A stretch of 64,000 nucleotides of DNA, taken from positions 192,001 to 256,000 of the forward strand of contig OZ250186.1 of NCBI GenBank assembly GCA_965238275.1. The letters run 5' to 3'. The notes beneath the pieces were generated by a model that saw only the letters and a program-made list of their open reading frames with translations, was not told the origin of the DNA and searched no databases. The position numbers and the translations under genes were made by a program. How positions within the stretch are numbered: the first letter of the stretch is position 1; the number at the start of each line of letters is the position of its first letter. The DNA is from Nitrosopumilus sp. (GTDB taxonomy: Archaea; Thermoproteota; Nitrososphaeria; Nitrososphaerales; Nitrosopumilaceae). Below are positions 47,698 through 57,749 of this stretch, in pieces.

Positions 47698-48222
47698 TTA
47701 TACAATCTTTCTGGCCTTCATCCTCTTGATCTTCTCCTGCAACAGGATGCATCCCTGTATGAGGGTCTCGGGTCTTGGAGGACAACCAGGAACATAGACG
47801 TCTACTGGAATCACGCCGTCGATTCCCGGCAGGACGTTATACGAGTCAAAGTACAGTCCGCCAGTAATTGCGCAGGCCCCCATGGCAATGACATATTTTG
47901 GCTCAGGCATCTGGTCATATACCAGTCTCAGACGGGGTGCCATCTTTCTTGTGATGGTTCCCTGTACTACTACCAGATCGCACTGTCTGAGTGAGCCAAA
48001 CGCTTCAATGATTCCAAACCGCTCCACATCATACCTTGGACTTGATGCTGCGCCAAACTCCACGCTGCAACAGGCAGTCTCGATGTGTACTGGCCAGAGT
48101 GACCAGATACGGCCCCAGTTGATGGCATAGCCCAATGGCTTGTCTATGGCCTTTTCCAGAATGTCTCCCAGCTTGCCAAGAAAGACGTTTGCGTTCTCCG
48201 GGGTTATTAGATCCTTGAGCAA
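47698..48222 (-). CDS. nuoB: complex I subunit B
   Basis: TACCSVE, AMGACA, YVPGCPPRPE. Confidence 0.96.
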   Translation of the reverse strand: MLKDLITPENANVFLGKLGDILEKAIDKPLGYAINWGRIWSLWPVHIETACCSVEFGAASSPRYDVERFGIIEAFGSLRQCDLVVVQGTITRKMAPRLRLVYDQMPEPKYVIAMGACAITGGLYFDSYNVLPGIDGVIPVDVYVPGCPPRPETLIQGCILLQEKIKRMKARKIV

Positions 48223-48262
48223 TCTTACCTCACAGTCCCATAGCCGTGTTCAATATAAAAAA

Positions 48263-48637
48263 CTACCATATCCTTCTCCTTCCGGACTGGTACAGGGCAA
48301 AGGCCATGGCTCCAAACATTATTCCAAGGAAACCGATCATCGGCAGGGTTGCGCTCTTTGGGAGTTCCAAGAGTGCACTGCCCCACGCATACAGGAATAT
48401 TGCCATGACATCAAAGACTACAAACATGAGGATGTAGGGATAATACTGCATCATAAAATGGGTTCGTCCTGCACCGGACGGGACCTGGCCGCACTCCATG
48501 GGCAGAAACTTTACAGGGTTGCTGCGTTTTCTGGGGGAGAGCATCCTGGACACTAGCAGTGCAGGTGCCATTGCCACTACGGCAAATCCAAACATCAATA
48601 CCACCGTACTGTAGTTTTCGGCCAGTTCTCCAACCAA
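48263..48637 (-). CDS. nuoA: complex I subunit A
   Basis: ECG, FVVFDV...FLYAW, three TM helices. Confidence 0.93.
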   Translation of the reverse strand: MVGELAENYSTVVLMFGFAVVAMAPALLVSRMLSPRKRSNPVKFLPMECGQVPSGAGRTHFMMQYYPYILMFVVFDVMAIFLYAWGSALLELPKSATLPMIGFLGIMFGAMAFALYQSGRRRIW

Positions 48638-48920
48638 TTTAGCTTCTGACCCTGATTTTTGTATAAAAAGGTATGGTACAGATTTGCGTATGCCAGATAC
48701 TCAGATCCGCCGCCGCCGCCGCCCCAGAGCGGTGGGATGCATGCAGTTCCGCGGATGCAAGCCGATTTTGGAGTTGTGCCAGATGTCAGGGTCACGGCGT
48801 GTCACTCAGGGGCATGCCGCAAGATGTCATCAATTGCTATATAATTACAGGCCATATCCACGATGATGGCATTAAAAACGCCAACCTGGCCTTTCATTTG
48901 ATTCTCAAATCCGGCCGCAC

Positions 48921-49067
48921 ATGAAAATATGCGCCTGCTGCAAAGGAGAACACCAGAACGACATTCTGAGGATATGTGATGACTGCCGCAAAGCCAAGTG
49001 GTGCGCAGATTGCGGCCAGAACAAGGCCGATCCGATGGGCATTTTTTGTACTACATGCGTGCCGTAG
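48921..49067 (+). CDS. 48-aa micro zinc-finger protein (not in ORF track)
   Basis: MKICACCKGEHQNDILRICDDCRKAKWCADCGQNKADPMGIFCTTCVP*: four CxxC motifs. Confidence 0.55.
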   Translation: MKICACCKGEHQNDILRICDDCRKAKWCADCGQNKADPMGIFCTTCVP

Positions 49068-49289
49068 CTATTTGGTTTCGGTTCGATGCCATCCAGACAC
49101 TTCTTGATCCATGGCATGAGTCAATGCCGAAACAGGTACACACGCCGTGCGTCATGACATGGGCCCTGAGAAGAAAAACAAGTGATGCTGACCCTGAACA
49201 TGCCTGAAAATTCATCTGTTCTGGACCTGGCTGTTGATTGTGAATCAGGAACGCCATCTCCCGGAGTACGCAGAGATCGGAATCAGGAC

Positions 49290-49360
49290 TACATATGTAA
49301 TGAAATTTTACCATATGGAAACTATTAATACCATATGGAAACAATATTAACCATACTATG
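49290..49360. promoter_or_regulatory. 20-bp-phased palindromic boxes (CCATATGG core), probable TA autoregulatory operator
   Basis: ACATATGT at 49291, CCATATGGAAAC at 49311 and 49331, degenerate CCATACTATG at 49351. Confidence 0.65.
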
Positions 49361-49963
49361 AAACAGCATGACTACACAGAGCAGTTATTTGGCAACAAGG
49401 CATCAATCAGAATTCTTCGTGCCATGATACGGCACAAAGGCAAGATCTTTACCGTTAGGGGACTGGCCCGGGATGCCGGCATCTCGCATCCCACGGCGTC
49501 ACAGACAGCTGCCAGCCTAGAAAAATTTGGTGTTGTGCACATTCAACCGGTGGGGCGGTCACACCAAATAGTGCTAAACGAAAAGAGCTATGTCCTAAAA
49601 AAAATCATAGAACCGATGTTCATGAATGAGGCTAAGACATTTGAACAGGTAGTTTCAGATCTCAAAGAACACCTCAGTACAAAAAAAATTATCTCGGCGG
49701 TAGTTTTTGGAAGTGCATCGAGAGGACAGGAAAAGGAAGGCAGTGATATTGATGTTTTTATCGTATCAAACGACTTTGATGATGCGATCGCGAGCGTATC
49801 AAACGCAAGCCAAGAGATATTTGTAAAATTTCACAGCAAGGTTTCGCCATTGATATTCTCGGAGGCCAAGCTTAAGTCAAAAAGAAAAAGCGAGCTCGTG
49901 CATTCAATTTTAGACAGCCACACAGCAATATGCGGAAAGAGTTTGGAGTCTATTTTAAAATGA
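49358..49963 (+). CDS. HTH-fused minimal nucleotidyltransferase (MNT antitoxin)
   Basis: N-terminal wHTH (TVRGLARDAGISHPTAS); exact GS-X10-DID motif. Confidence 0.88.
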   Translation: MKQHDYTEQLFGNKASIRILRAMIRHKGKIFTVRGLARDAGISHPTASQTAASLEKFGVVHIQPVGRSHQIVLNEKSYVLKKIIEPMFMNEAKTFEQVVSDLKEHLSTKKIISAVVFGSASRGQEKEGSDIDVFIVSNDFDDAIASVSNASQEIFVKFHSKVSPLIFSEAKLKSKRKSELVHSILDSHTAICGKSLESILK

Positions 49964-50349
49964 CAAGAAATGTGGATCCCAAAAAAGCGTCCAGATACAT
50001 CATAAAATCTGAGGAGTTTTTGGGAACGCCCAATATTGCGTTGCAGAGCGCCAAGTATAACAGTGCAGTAACAAACGCCATACACAGCGCAATTAGTGCA
50101 CTAGATGCATTAACAACAGCATACAAAGGAAAACGCGCATCCGATGATCATGCGGAGGTGTTATCACTTGTTCAAGGAATATTTACCCCGCAAGAATATC
50201 AGGAGATAAAAAAACAGTTCACCTCATTAATAGCCAAAAAGAATGCATCTGAATATCAGCCAGACCTGATGGATTCCAAAGATGCACATGACTCTGTAAA
50301 GTGGGCAGAAAGAATATTCAGCAGGATCAAAACAAGATTGAAAGGTTAG
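49960..50349 (+). CDS. HEPN domain protein (MNT partner)
   Basis: 129 aa helical, Y..AV..A.H.A, DH, KNASEY motif; ATGA overlap with the MNT gene. Confidence 0.82.
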   Translation: MTRNVDPKKASRYIIKSEEFLGTPNIALQSAKYNSAVTNAIHSAISALDALTTAYKGKRASDDHAEVLSLVQGIFTPQEYQEIKKQFTSLIAKKNASEYQPDLMDSKDAHDSVKWAERIFSRIKTRLKG

Positions 50350-50685
50350 GGCATACTGTATGCCATGACGCGGACGGATTTGATTGCAATATTCGGCATG
50401 ACGCAGGATGGATTGGACATACTGGGATGGTCTCCAGAATGGCACTGTCATGCTGTCTGCAATCATGCCGGTTCAGGGAATAAAAGAGCCGCAGATGTGG
50501 CCATCCCACACGCCAGCCCAATGCCATGACATCCGAGGAATGAATCCGTGCCCGGCACAGCAGTCCGGCCTGGAAGGAGCACCCGCACCTGCCGGCGGCG
50601 GCGGCAGCAGCAGCACCAGCACCAGACAGCACGGCAAGCCCGGCTTTTCTAAACTGCTTTATATCCCATTCATAATGGAGTGATC

Positions 50686-51150
50686 ATGCCAGATATAGGA
50701 GATACGGCCCCGGACTTTGAGATTCCAGACACCGAATTGAAGATGCGGACACTAGGCGAATTCAAGGGAAAGAAGACGGTCCTGTCATTTATTGTGGCGG
50801 CAAGCTCCCCGGTATGCCAGGCTGAGCTCTGTACTTTCAGGGACTCTTGGCAGGAGATTGCCGACCTTGGTGCGCAGGTGGTCGCAATCAGCAACGACGG
50901 CCCGTTTGCAAACAAGGCGTTTGCAGAAAAGAACGGCTTCAACTTTCCGCTGCTAGGCGACTACACCAGCAAGACAATCAAAGAGTATGGCATCCTGATG
51001 AAGGACCTGCTCCACATCAAGGACTACAACGCTGCAAAGCGCTCCGTGTTTATCGTCATGGAGGACGGGAAGATAGGGTACAAGTGGGTCTCAGAGAACC
51101 CCCTGAAGGAGCCCGACTACGGGGAGATCAAGGACTTTCTAAGAAAGTAA
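50686..51150 (+). CDS. peroxiredoxin (Bcp/PrxQ-like)
   Basis: GDTAPDF, SPVCQAELC, AISND, FPLLGD, RSVFIV. Confidence 0.9.
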   Translation: MPDIGDTAPDFEIPDTELKMRTLGEFKGKKTVLSFIVAASSPVCQAELCTFRDSWQEIADLGAQVVAISNDGPFANKAFAEKNGFNFPLLGDYTSKTIKEYGILMKDLLHIKDYNAAKRSVFIVMEDGKIGYKWVSENPLKEPDYGEIKDFLRK

Positions 51151-51249
51151 CCCCTGCTCCAACACATGTTTTCATTTCAAATACATGCCGGATCAGGCGC
51201 GGCCTGGCATAGCCGCATGTGTCATAATTTGGCCTGAACCGTGCAGGAA

Positions 51250-51762
51250 TCATTCGATGTCTGCAATGACGTCGCCCTTGGCAACAGTCGCAGTGTCCTT
51301 GATCTTCAGGGATCTTATCACGCCTGACTTGTGCGCCTTGATTGCAACCTGCATCTTCATGGACTCCAAGGTGCAGACAGTGTCTCCTGTCTGGACCGTG
51401 TCCCCCTCGGCCACCGCAATCGAGACGACCTTGCCTGGAATCTGGCTTTTGAGCCCGGTCTGCGCGTTGGCAGTGCTTGCCCCTCCGGAGTTCTTGTAGA
51501 CTATGTCGTCAAAGTCAACGTGCATGTTGACTGTAATGGGCGTGTTGTCCACCACCAGACTCATCTCGCTGGTGGAGTTTCCCAGGTACTTTGCCTTGTG
51601 GTATTTTTGATCCAGAATGAACTCGATTCCCTTAGAGTCCATCGCCAGTATCTTCAGCCGGTGCTCCGTGTCGTCTATTTTTATGGCATAGTCTCCCCCT
51701 CCGAGGTTTTCAGTTATTCTGCCGTCAAATGCTCTCTTGGTGTCTTGTATTCTGTACTTCAT
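51250..51762 (-). CDS. accB: biotin carboxyl carrier subunit of acetyl/propionyl-CoA carboxylase
   Basis: IPGKVV, ESMKM biotinylation motif. Confidence 0.93.
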   Translation of the reverse strand: MKYRIQDTKRAFDGRITENLGGGDYAIKIDDTEHRLKILAMDSKGIEFILDQKYHKAKYLGNSTSEMSLVVDNTPITVNMHVDFDDIVYKNSGGASTANAQTGLKSQIPGKVVSIAVAEGDTVQTGDTVCTLESMKMQVAIKAHKSGVIRSLKIKDTATVAKGDVIADIE

Positions 51763-51769
51763 TGTTCCA

Positions 51770-53257
51770 TCAGTCCAGCCTGTTTCTCCAGCTTGATCTT
51801 GTGTCCGAATCCTGTCGCACCCGGCTCTTAAAGTATTCGGAATGAATTATCGCAGCTGCAAGGGCCGCCTGGCTCTTTGCATCCTGTTCCCTTTTGATGT
51901 CCTTAGAGAGCCTGTCTATCATGCCGTGCCTCTGGAGAAAGTCGGTAGTGAGATTGCCGTTTTTGTACTCTTCAGATTCCATGATGGTCTTGTAGAGTGG
52001 AATCGAGGTCTCCACGCCCTGGACGTAAAAGTCGTTGAGGGCCACAAGCATCCGGGATCTTGACTCCTCAAATGTCTGCCCCCACGTGACAAGCTTGGCC
52101 ATCAGGGAGTCATAAAACGGCGATACCGTGCATCCGGGATAGAGGTAGGTGTCGCACCTTACCCCCGGCCCTGCAGGGATGGTCACGTCTGGCACCGGCC
52201 CGGTTGAGGGGGCAAACTCAAGGAACGTGTCCTCTGCGTTGATTCTGCACTCTATGGCATAGCCGTTCATCTTGAGATCGCTTTGCTTGAAGGGTATGGG
52301 CTCCCCGTTTGCAATGTCCAGCTGCAGCTTGACCAAATCAAGCCCGGAGACAAACTCGGTGATCGGGTGCTCCACTTGCAGCCTGGCATTAATCTCGATA
52401 AAGTAAAACTCTCCGTTGTCTGCCCGCAGGAACTCGGCGGTGCCCAGATTGGTATAGTCTACAGCATCGGCTGCATTGCACACTATCTGGCCTATGCGCT
52501 CCCTTGTCTCCTCGTCTACGATAGGCGAGGGCGTCTGCTCGATCAGCTTCTGGTTTCTCCTCTGGATGGAGCACTCCCGCTCGAAGATGTGGACGGTGTT
52601 CCCGTGGGTGTCCCTTGCCATCTGGTACTCTATGTGCCTGGTCTTTTCAAGGAATTTTTCTACAAGGATTGCCGACTTGCCCACGGCCGCGATGGACTCG
52701 CCTGTGACAGAATCGTATCCCTGGCGCAGCTCCTCGTCGTTGTGTGCAAGTCTGATTCCGCGTCCCCCTCCGCCGTACACGGACTTTAGAAGGACAGGGT
52801 ATCCTATCTTGTTTGCAACGTCTGCTGCCTCGTCTGCGTCATTCACCAGGTCCGGGCTTCCCGGGACTGTCGGCACGCCTGCCTTGAGCATGGCCGCCTT
52901 GCACCGCATCTTGTCGCCGCACAGATTCATGGAATCAGCAGACGGGCCGATAAAGTTGACGTGGCTCCCCTCGCACAGCCTTGCAAAGTCGTCATTCTCG
53001 GACAGAAAGCCGTATCCCGGATGGATCGCATCGGCCCCGGACGAGAGAATCACCTCGAGGATCTTCTGCTGGTTCAGGTAGGACTTTGCAGGTGCCGCGG
53101 GCCCTATGTGGTATGCCTCGCTTGCCTGCTTTACGTGAAGCGAGTTGCGATCCTCGTCAGAGTATACTGCCACGGTCTTGATGCCAAGGGCCTTGCACGT
53201 CCTGATGACGCGCAGCGCAATCTCCCCCCTGTTTGCGATAAGTACCTTCTCAATCAT
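51770..53257 (-). CDS. accC: biotin carboxylase subunit
   Basis: LIANRGEIA, HPGYGFLSEN, GGGGRG, CSIQRRNQK, EINARLQVEH. Confidence 0.96.
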   Translation of the reverse strand: MIEKVLIANRGEIALRVIRTCKALGIKTVAVYSDEDRNSLHVKQASEAYHIGPAAPAKSYLNQQKILEVILSSGADAIHPGYGFLSENDDFARLCEGSHVNFIGPSADSMNLCGDKMRCKAAMLKAGVPTVPGSPDLVNDADEAADVANKIGYPVLLKSVYGGGGRGIRLAHNDEELRQGYDSVTGESIAAVGKSAILVEKFLEKTRHIEYQMARDTHGNTVHIFERECSIQRRNQKLIEQTPSPIVDEETRERIGQIVCNAADAVDYTNLGTAEFLRADNGEFYFIEINARLQVEHPITEFVSGLDLVKLQLDIANGEPIPFKQSDLKMNGYAIECRINAEDTFLEFAPSTGPVPDVTIPAGPGVRCDTYLYPGCTVSPFYDSLMAKLVTWGQTFEESRSRMLVALNDFYVQGVETSIPLYKTIMESEEYKNGNLTTDFLQRHGMIDRLSKDIKREQDAKSQAALAAAIIHSEYFKSRVRQDSDTRSSWRNRLD

Positions 53258-53263
53258 GACTCA

Positions 53264-54811
53264 TCACAGGTTTATGTTCCCGTGCTTTCGCGGAAGCTGT
53301 TTTTCGCGCTTGTTTGCAAGCATTCTGAGGGCCTTGATGAGCATCGGTCTGGTCTCGGCAGGATCAATTACGTTGTCCACGGTTCCATGCGATGCTGCAA
53401 CGTAGGGGTTTTCGAACTTTTCTGCAAACTCGTCAATCAGACTCCCCTTGAGGGACTCGGGATTCTTCGCGGCGTTTAACTCTTTTCTGTACATTATCTT
53501 GACTGCAGCCTCCCCCCCCAGGACGGCGCACCTTGCAGTGGGCCAGGCATAGTTTATGTCGGTTCTGAGGTTCTTGCTGCCCATGGCGATGTACGCACCG
53601 CCGTAGGCCTTTCCGATGACCAGCGTGATGCGGGGAACGGTGGCCTCGCAGTACGCATACAGCAGCTTGCTGCCGTGCCGGATGATCCCGTTGTGCTCCT
53701 GGTTGGAGCCGGGCATGTATCCGGGGGTGTCGACTAGCGTGATTATCGGTATGTTGAAGGCATCGCAGAACCTGATGAACCGAGATGCCTTGCTTGAGGA
53801 GTCTATGTCAAGGGAGCCTGCAAGATGCATCGGCTGGTTTGCAATTATTCCGACCACCCTTCCGCCAAGCCTGCCATACCCCACTATGATGTTTGGTGCA
53901 AACAGCTCGTGCACCTCGAAAAAGTCGTGGTCGTCTACTATCGAGTTGATGATCTCCTTCATGTCATACGGCTGCAGCGGGTTTTCAGGGATTATGTTGA
54001 CAAGATTGTGGTCCAGCCTGTTGGGATCATCGTCTGTGCCTGTCCGGGGCGGCGCCTCGGTGTTGTTTTGCGGGAGAAACGAGACGAGTTTCTTGATGTA
54101 GTCCATGCACTCGTACTCGTTTTCTGCAACAAAGTGCGCAACGCCGCTCTTTGAGCCGTGCGTCATGGCCCCGCCAAGGTCGTCAAAGGAGATCTCCTCG
54201 CCAAGCACCGTCTTGACCACATCAGGTCCGGTGACAAACATCGTTCCTGCCTTTTGCACCATCACCACAAAGTCAGTCATGGCAGGTGAGTATACGGCGC
54301 CTCCGGCGGAGGGCCCAATGCTTGCAGTAATCTGGGGAACCACCCCGGAGGCAAGCTGGTTGTGATAGAATATGTCTGCAAACCCGTCAAGGCTCATGAT
54401 GCCTTCCTGGATTCGTGCGCCGCCGGAATCCATTATGCCGATTATCGGGCATCCTGTCCTGAGCGCATGATCCATGAGTTTGGTGATCTTTTTGGCCCCC
54501 ATCTGGCTAAGCGTTCCGCCAAGAACCGTAAAGTCATATGCAAATACAAACACCTGCCTTCCGCTGATGTCTCCGTACCCGCCCACAACGCCGTCGGTGA
54601 AGAACTTTTTCTTCTGCATGTCATACTCGTGGTAGTGGTGGGTGGTCATCGGGTCGACTTCGGTAAACGTACCCTCGTCAAGCAGCAGATCGATTCTTTC
54701 GCGGGCAGTCAGCTTGCCCTTTTCGTGCTGGGTCCTTATCCTGTCCTGGCCGCCGCCCTGGAGCGCAGTATTCTTGTGTCGGAGATACTCGTCAATCTTT
54801 TCTGAGTGCAT
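53264..54811 (-). CDS. pccB: carboxyltransferase subunit of acetyl/propionyl-CoA carboxylase (3HP/4HB cycle)
   Basis: GKLTARERI, DSGGARIQEG, GKAYGGAY, RKHGNI. Confidence 0.95.
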   Translation of the reverse strand: MHSEKIDEYLRHKNTALQGGGQDRIRTQHEKGKLTARERIDLLLDEGTFTEVDPMTTHHYHEYDMQKKKFFTDGVVGGYGDISGRQVFVFAYDFTVLGGTLSQMGAKKITKLMDHALRTGCPIIGIMDSGGARIQEGIMSLDGFADIFYHNQLASGVVPQITASIGPSAGGAVYSPAMTDFVVMVQKAGTMFVTGPDVVKTVLGEEISFDDLGGAMTHGSKSGVAHFVAENEYECMDYIKKLVSFLPQNNTEAPPRTGTDDDPNRLDHNLVNIIPENPLQPYDMKEIINSIVDDHDFFEVHELFAPNIIVGYGRLGGRVVGIIANQPMHLAGSLDIDSSSKASRFIRFCDAFNIPIITLVDTPGYMPGSNQEHNGIIRHGSKLLYAYCEATVPRITLVIGKAYGGAYIAMGSKNLRTDINYAWPTARCAVLGGEAAVKIMYRKELNAAKNPESLKGSLIDEFAEKFENPYVAASHGTVDNVIDPAETRPMLIKALRMLANKREKQLPRKHGNINL

Positions 54812-55024
54812 GACTGTGATACAGGGATCAGGTGTTATATTAATTTAATTTACTGGAATCGCCAGATCGCCCAAAATCAAAACACCGCATCAGGGTTTGG
54901 GGTTCCATTGGTAACCATCGGGATGGTCCGCCATCGTATACCCAGAATGGCCTGGCATCCAAGGATTGCACCTGCAATGCCAGACACTGCAGAATCATCT
55001 ATTTCTGGGATAGTCGATCGCATG

Positions 55025-55363
55025 TCAATTGGAGGACGGCGCATTCTCGGATCCAAGAATCCGGAACTTTTTGTTCGAGGCGCTCCGGTATGAGGCCAGC
55101 GGGCTGCTGCCCTGCTGCCGGCTGCACCTGTCGCAGATGCAAAACGGGGATACGTTCTGTATGTCGCACTCGTCTGCAAACTCGCACTCCGGACACCCTG
55201 CAGGGCCGCCGCATATGATGCAGTCCAGCCCGGCAGTCTCGGCGCATTTTTCGTGCTTGACTCCCAGCCCCCTTGCCCACAGTCCCATCTCGTTTACCTG
55301 GATCTTCTCCTTGCAGACTATGCAGGTGCCGGGATACTTCATGGGCATCTTCCTCCAGCTCAT
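55025..55363 (-). CDS. small Cys-rich putative zinc-binding protein
   Basis: MSWRKMPMKYPGTCIVC...HEKC...CIIC..CPEC...CICDRC; start overlaps the rfcL stop. Confidence 0.75.
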   Translation of the reverse strand: MSWRKMPMKYPGTCIVCKEKIQVNEMGLWARGLGVKHEKCAETAGLDCIICGGPAGCPECEFADECDIQNVSPFCICDRCSRQQGSSPLASYRSASNKKFRILGSENAPSSN

Positions 55364-56535
55364 CGTGCCTTTCCTGCCTCCTCCTCCTTTTTGATTATCT
55401 CTCCAAACTTCTCCAGTTCGGGGCCAGTCTCCAGGGATCCGTTCTTCAGGCAGTGCAGCATGTACGGCATGGATATTGTGACAAACGCGCTGGCAGACAT
55501 GTGCAGGCTTTTTGCCATCAGCAGCGAAAGCGATCTTATCTTGGCACCGTCCCACCGGATCCTGTTGAGCAGTGGCCACGAGATGTTGTACTGCGAGTAC
55601 CTGATTCTGGGATCATTGACGTACAGCCTTATCAGTATGCCGTTGAGGTACCGGAGAAGCCTCCAGTTCTGGGTGCGAAGAATCCGCCCGTACAGCATGT
55701 CTGCCTGCGATATCACGTCCAGATGGCGCGCAAGGGCCGGGCCGTCAAGCTTGCTTGATATTATGCTGGAGTAGAATGCGCCGATCTTTGTTCTGGGGTC
55801 GCCGTCCATCATGTACAGGATGCCTTCTGCCTCCCTTGCAGTCTCGGCCTTGAAGAACGCGTTGATGGCAGCCTCGGGGGATATGCCGCCTGTGGGTGAT
55901 TCGACAGGCGGGCTGAATCCGGTCGCCATGGATTGTGCAAGGTTGATCATGGAGCGTATGTCCCCGCCGGACCTGTTGATTGTCTTTATCAGGGAGCCGG
56001 GACTCAGCACCGCATTCTCCCTCTTCAGTATGTCCTCAAGGTACATCCGGAGGAGACGCGGCGGGATCTTTTTGAACTGTACTATTACAGAGGCCTTGCA
56101 GATCCCCTTCATCTTGTCTGAGGTTATGTCGTTTGCTGCAAGCACTATCGGAACAGTCGGCACCTTGAGTATCGCTGTAAGGGCTGCGGCCCCCCCGTAG
56201 TCTCCCCGCCCGTGTATCCCGTCTACCTCGTCGATGAAGATCATCGGGGAACCCATGACGCTTGCGTTTCCCAGCGCAGGGCCCAGAATCTCGTTGATCT
56301 TGGACTTGCTCCTAGTATCGCTTGCGTTGAGGCCCAGCATGTCATACCCGAACTGTCCTGCCGTAATGTATGCCAGGGTTGTCTTGCCCACACCGGGCGG
56401 ACCTGTCAGAAGGAGCGGTTTTGTGCCCTTTCTCCATTTGGCAAACCACTCCATGACTGCCGCCCGCGGCTCCTCGTTTCCCACCATGTCGCAGACGGCC
56501 GAAGGCCGGTACTTCTCAGACCACATCAACTGCAC
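55360..56535 (-). CDS. rfcL: replication factor C large subunit
   Basis: WSEKYRP, GPPGVGKTT, LNASDTR, IDEVDG, GDIRSMIN. Confidence 0.92.
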   Translation of the reverse strand: MQLMWSEKYRPSAVCDMVGNEEPRAAVMEWFAKWRKGTKPLLLTGPPGVGKTTLAYITAGQFGYDMLGLNASDTRSKSKINEILGPALGNASVMGSPMIFIDEVDGIHGRGDYGGAAALTAILKVPTVPIVLAANDITSDKMKGICKASVIVQFKKIPPRLLRMYLEDILKRENAVLSPGSLIKTINRSGGDIRSMINLAQSMATGFSPPVESPTGGISPEAAINAFFKAETAREAEGILYMMDGDPRTKIGAFYSSIISSKLDGPALARHLDVISQADMLYGRILRTQNWRLLRYLNGILIRLYVNDPRIRYSQYNISWPLLNRIRWDGAKIRSLSLLMAKSLHMSASAFVTISMPYMLHCLKNGSLETGPELEKFGEIIKKEEEAGKAR

Positions 56536-56536
56536 A

Positions 56537-57652
56537 TCACCCCGGAAGCGAGGACTCGAACGCAGACCAGCTGTCTGACTTTTTCAGCCGGTCGTGCCAG
56601 TAGTGGCTGTAGTGCTCGACTGTCAGGAACAGAAACTCCAGAAACTCGCGGTGTGTAAAGTCATCCGGCAGCAGGCCGGTTGCAAGCCTTGCATCCTGCA
56701 GGTACAGGTTGCTCTTCTCCAGGGTCAGATCAAAGCCCTTTCGGACATCGCCTGCAAGCAGGGAATAGTATAACGGCCATGACGGAATCTTTACAAAGCC
56801 GTTCTTCATCGAGTCCTCCATCTCGTTGCCGCACCCGACGCCCTCTGCTGCCCTTGCCATTCCCATATAGAATATCTCCCCCAGTGGCCTCTGCGCCAGT
56901 GCCATGTTCCTGCCGGCGGTGCCCATGACGGCCCGGTACTTTTTGTAGGATAGCGTCATCTCCTCTTCGGTAATCTCAGTTGGCTTTGACTTGAGCCGCT
57001 CATCAAGGTCCTGCCCTATCCGGGCATCCCGGAACCCCCGCTCAAACTCCTCAAGAACTTTGCTGCCGCCCCTGGATATCTTGTCGCGGGCAAGCCTCAG
57101 GATGTACGGGTTCATCAGCTTGTAGTCGTCAAGAAACTCCAGATCCTCGTCCTTGTCGACTATCCTGTCCATGGGCTCGCTGAGATCGATTGCCAGTATG
57201 TGCCCCTCCACGATGTCGCGCCTCAGGCCGGGGTCGTCCTTTTGTGTATACTCTGATGCTGCATCAAAGAGCGCGTTGAATACGGGAAAGGTCATCTTGA
57301 CAAAATTCGAGTTCAGTATGCGGAGGACCCTGTCCATGAGCACCTCTGGTTTTTCCAGGTTGGATCGTACCTGGCCGATCTTGGATGTCTCGAGTATCAT
57401 CTCGGAGGACTCGACCTCGTCTCCAAAGGCCTGCTGGGTTCCGGCCGGATCCCCATCGGAGATTATCAGGCCGTGAAGATCCCGTGCAAACCTTTGTGCA
57501 AAATCCGGAAACCCGGCTTCTGTCTCCTCCTTGTACTGTTTGAACATCTTGAACCCCTTGGACTTGAACAGTCCCTGTTTGAGGATCTGCTTGCCAGGCC
57601 TGGTGCTCAGCAGCGCATCCTTGCCCACCACTGACTGATCCTTGCCACTCAC
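56537..57652 (-). CDS. hypothetical protein (helical, co-oriented with rfcL)
   Basis: 371-aa ORF abutting rfcL; no motif recognised. Confidence 0.75.
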   Translation of the reverse strand: MSGKDQSVVGKDALLSTRPGKQILKQGLFKSKGFKMFKQYKEETEAGFPDFAQRFARDLHGLIISDGDPAGTQQAFGDEVESSEMILETSKIGQVRSNLEKPEVLMDRVLRILNSNFVKMTFPVFNALFDAASEYTQKDDPGLRRDIVEGHILAIDLSEPMDRIVDKDEDLEFLDDYKLMNPYILRLARDKISRGGSKVLEEFERGFRDARIGQDLDERLKSKPTEITEEEMTLSYKKYRAVMGTAGRNMALAQRPLGEIFYMGMARAAEGVGCGNEMEDSMKNGFVKIPSWPLYYSLLAGDVRKGFDLTLEKSNLYLQDARLATGLLPDDFTHREFLEFLFLTVEHYSHYWHDRLKKSDSWSAFESSLPG

Positions 57653-57749
57653 AAATTATGGCCTGTTTTTTGGTATTTATGCCTTCAATGTGCGCAGCAT
57701 GTCCCGGGCCAATCCTTCACTTAAATTACGAACGTCCAGATCGTCCCCC

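Noticed and set aside
37631-48637. Missing nuoEFG and nuoM-before-nuoL order as a novelty
   Set aside because: This is the ordinary arrangement in Thaumarchaeota.
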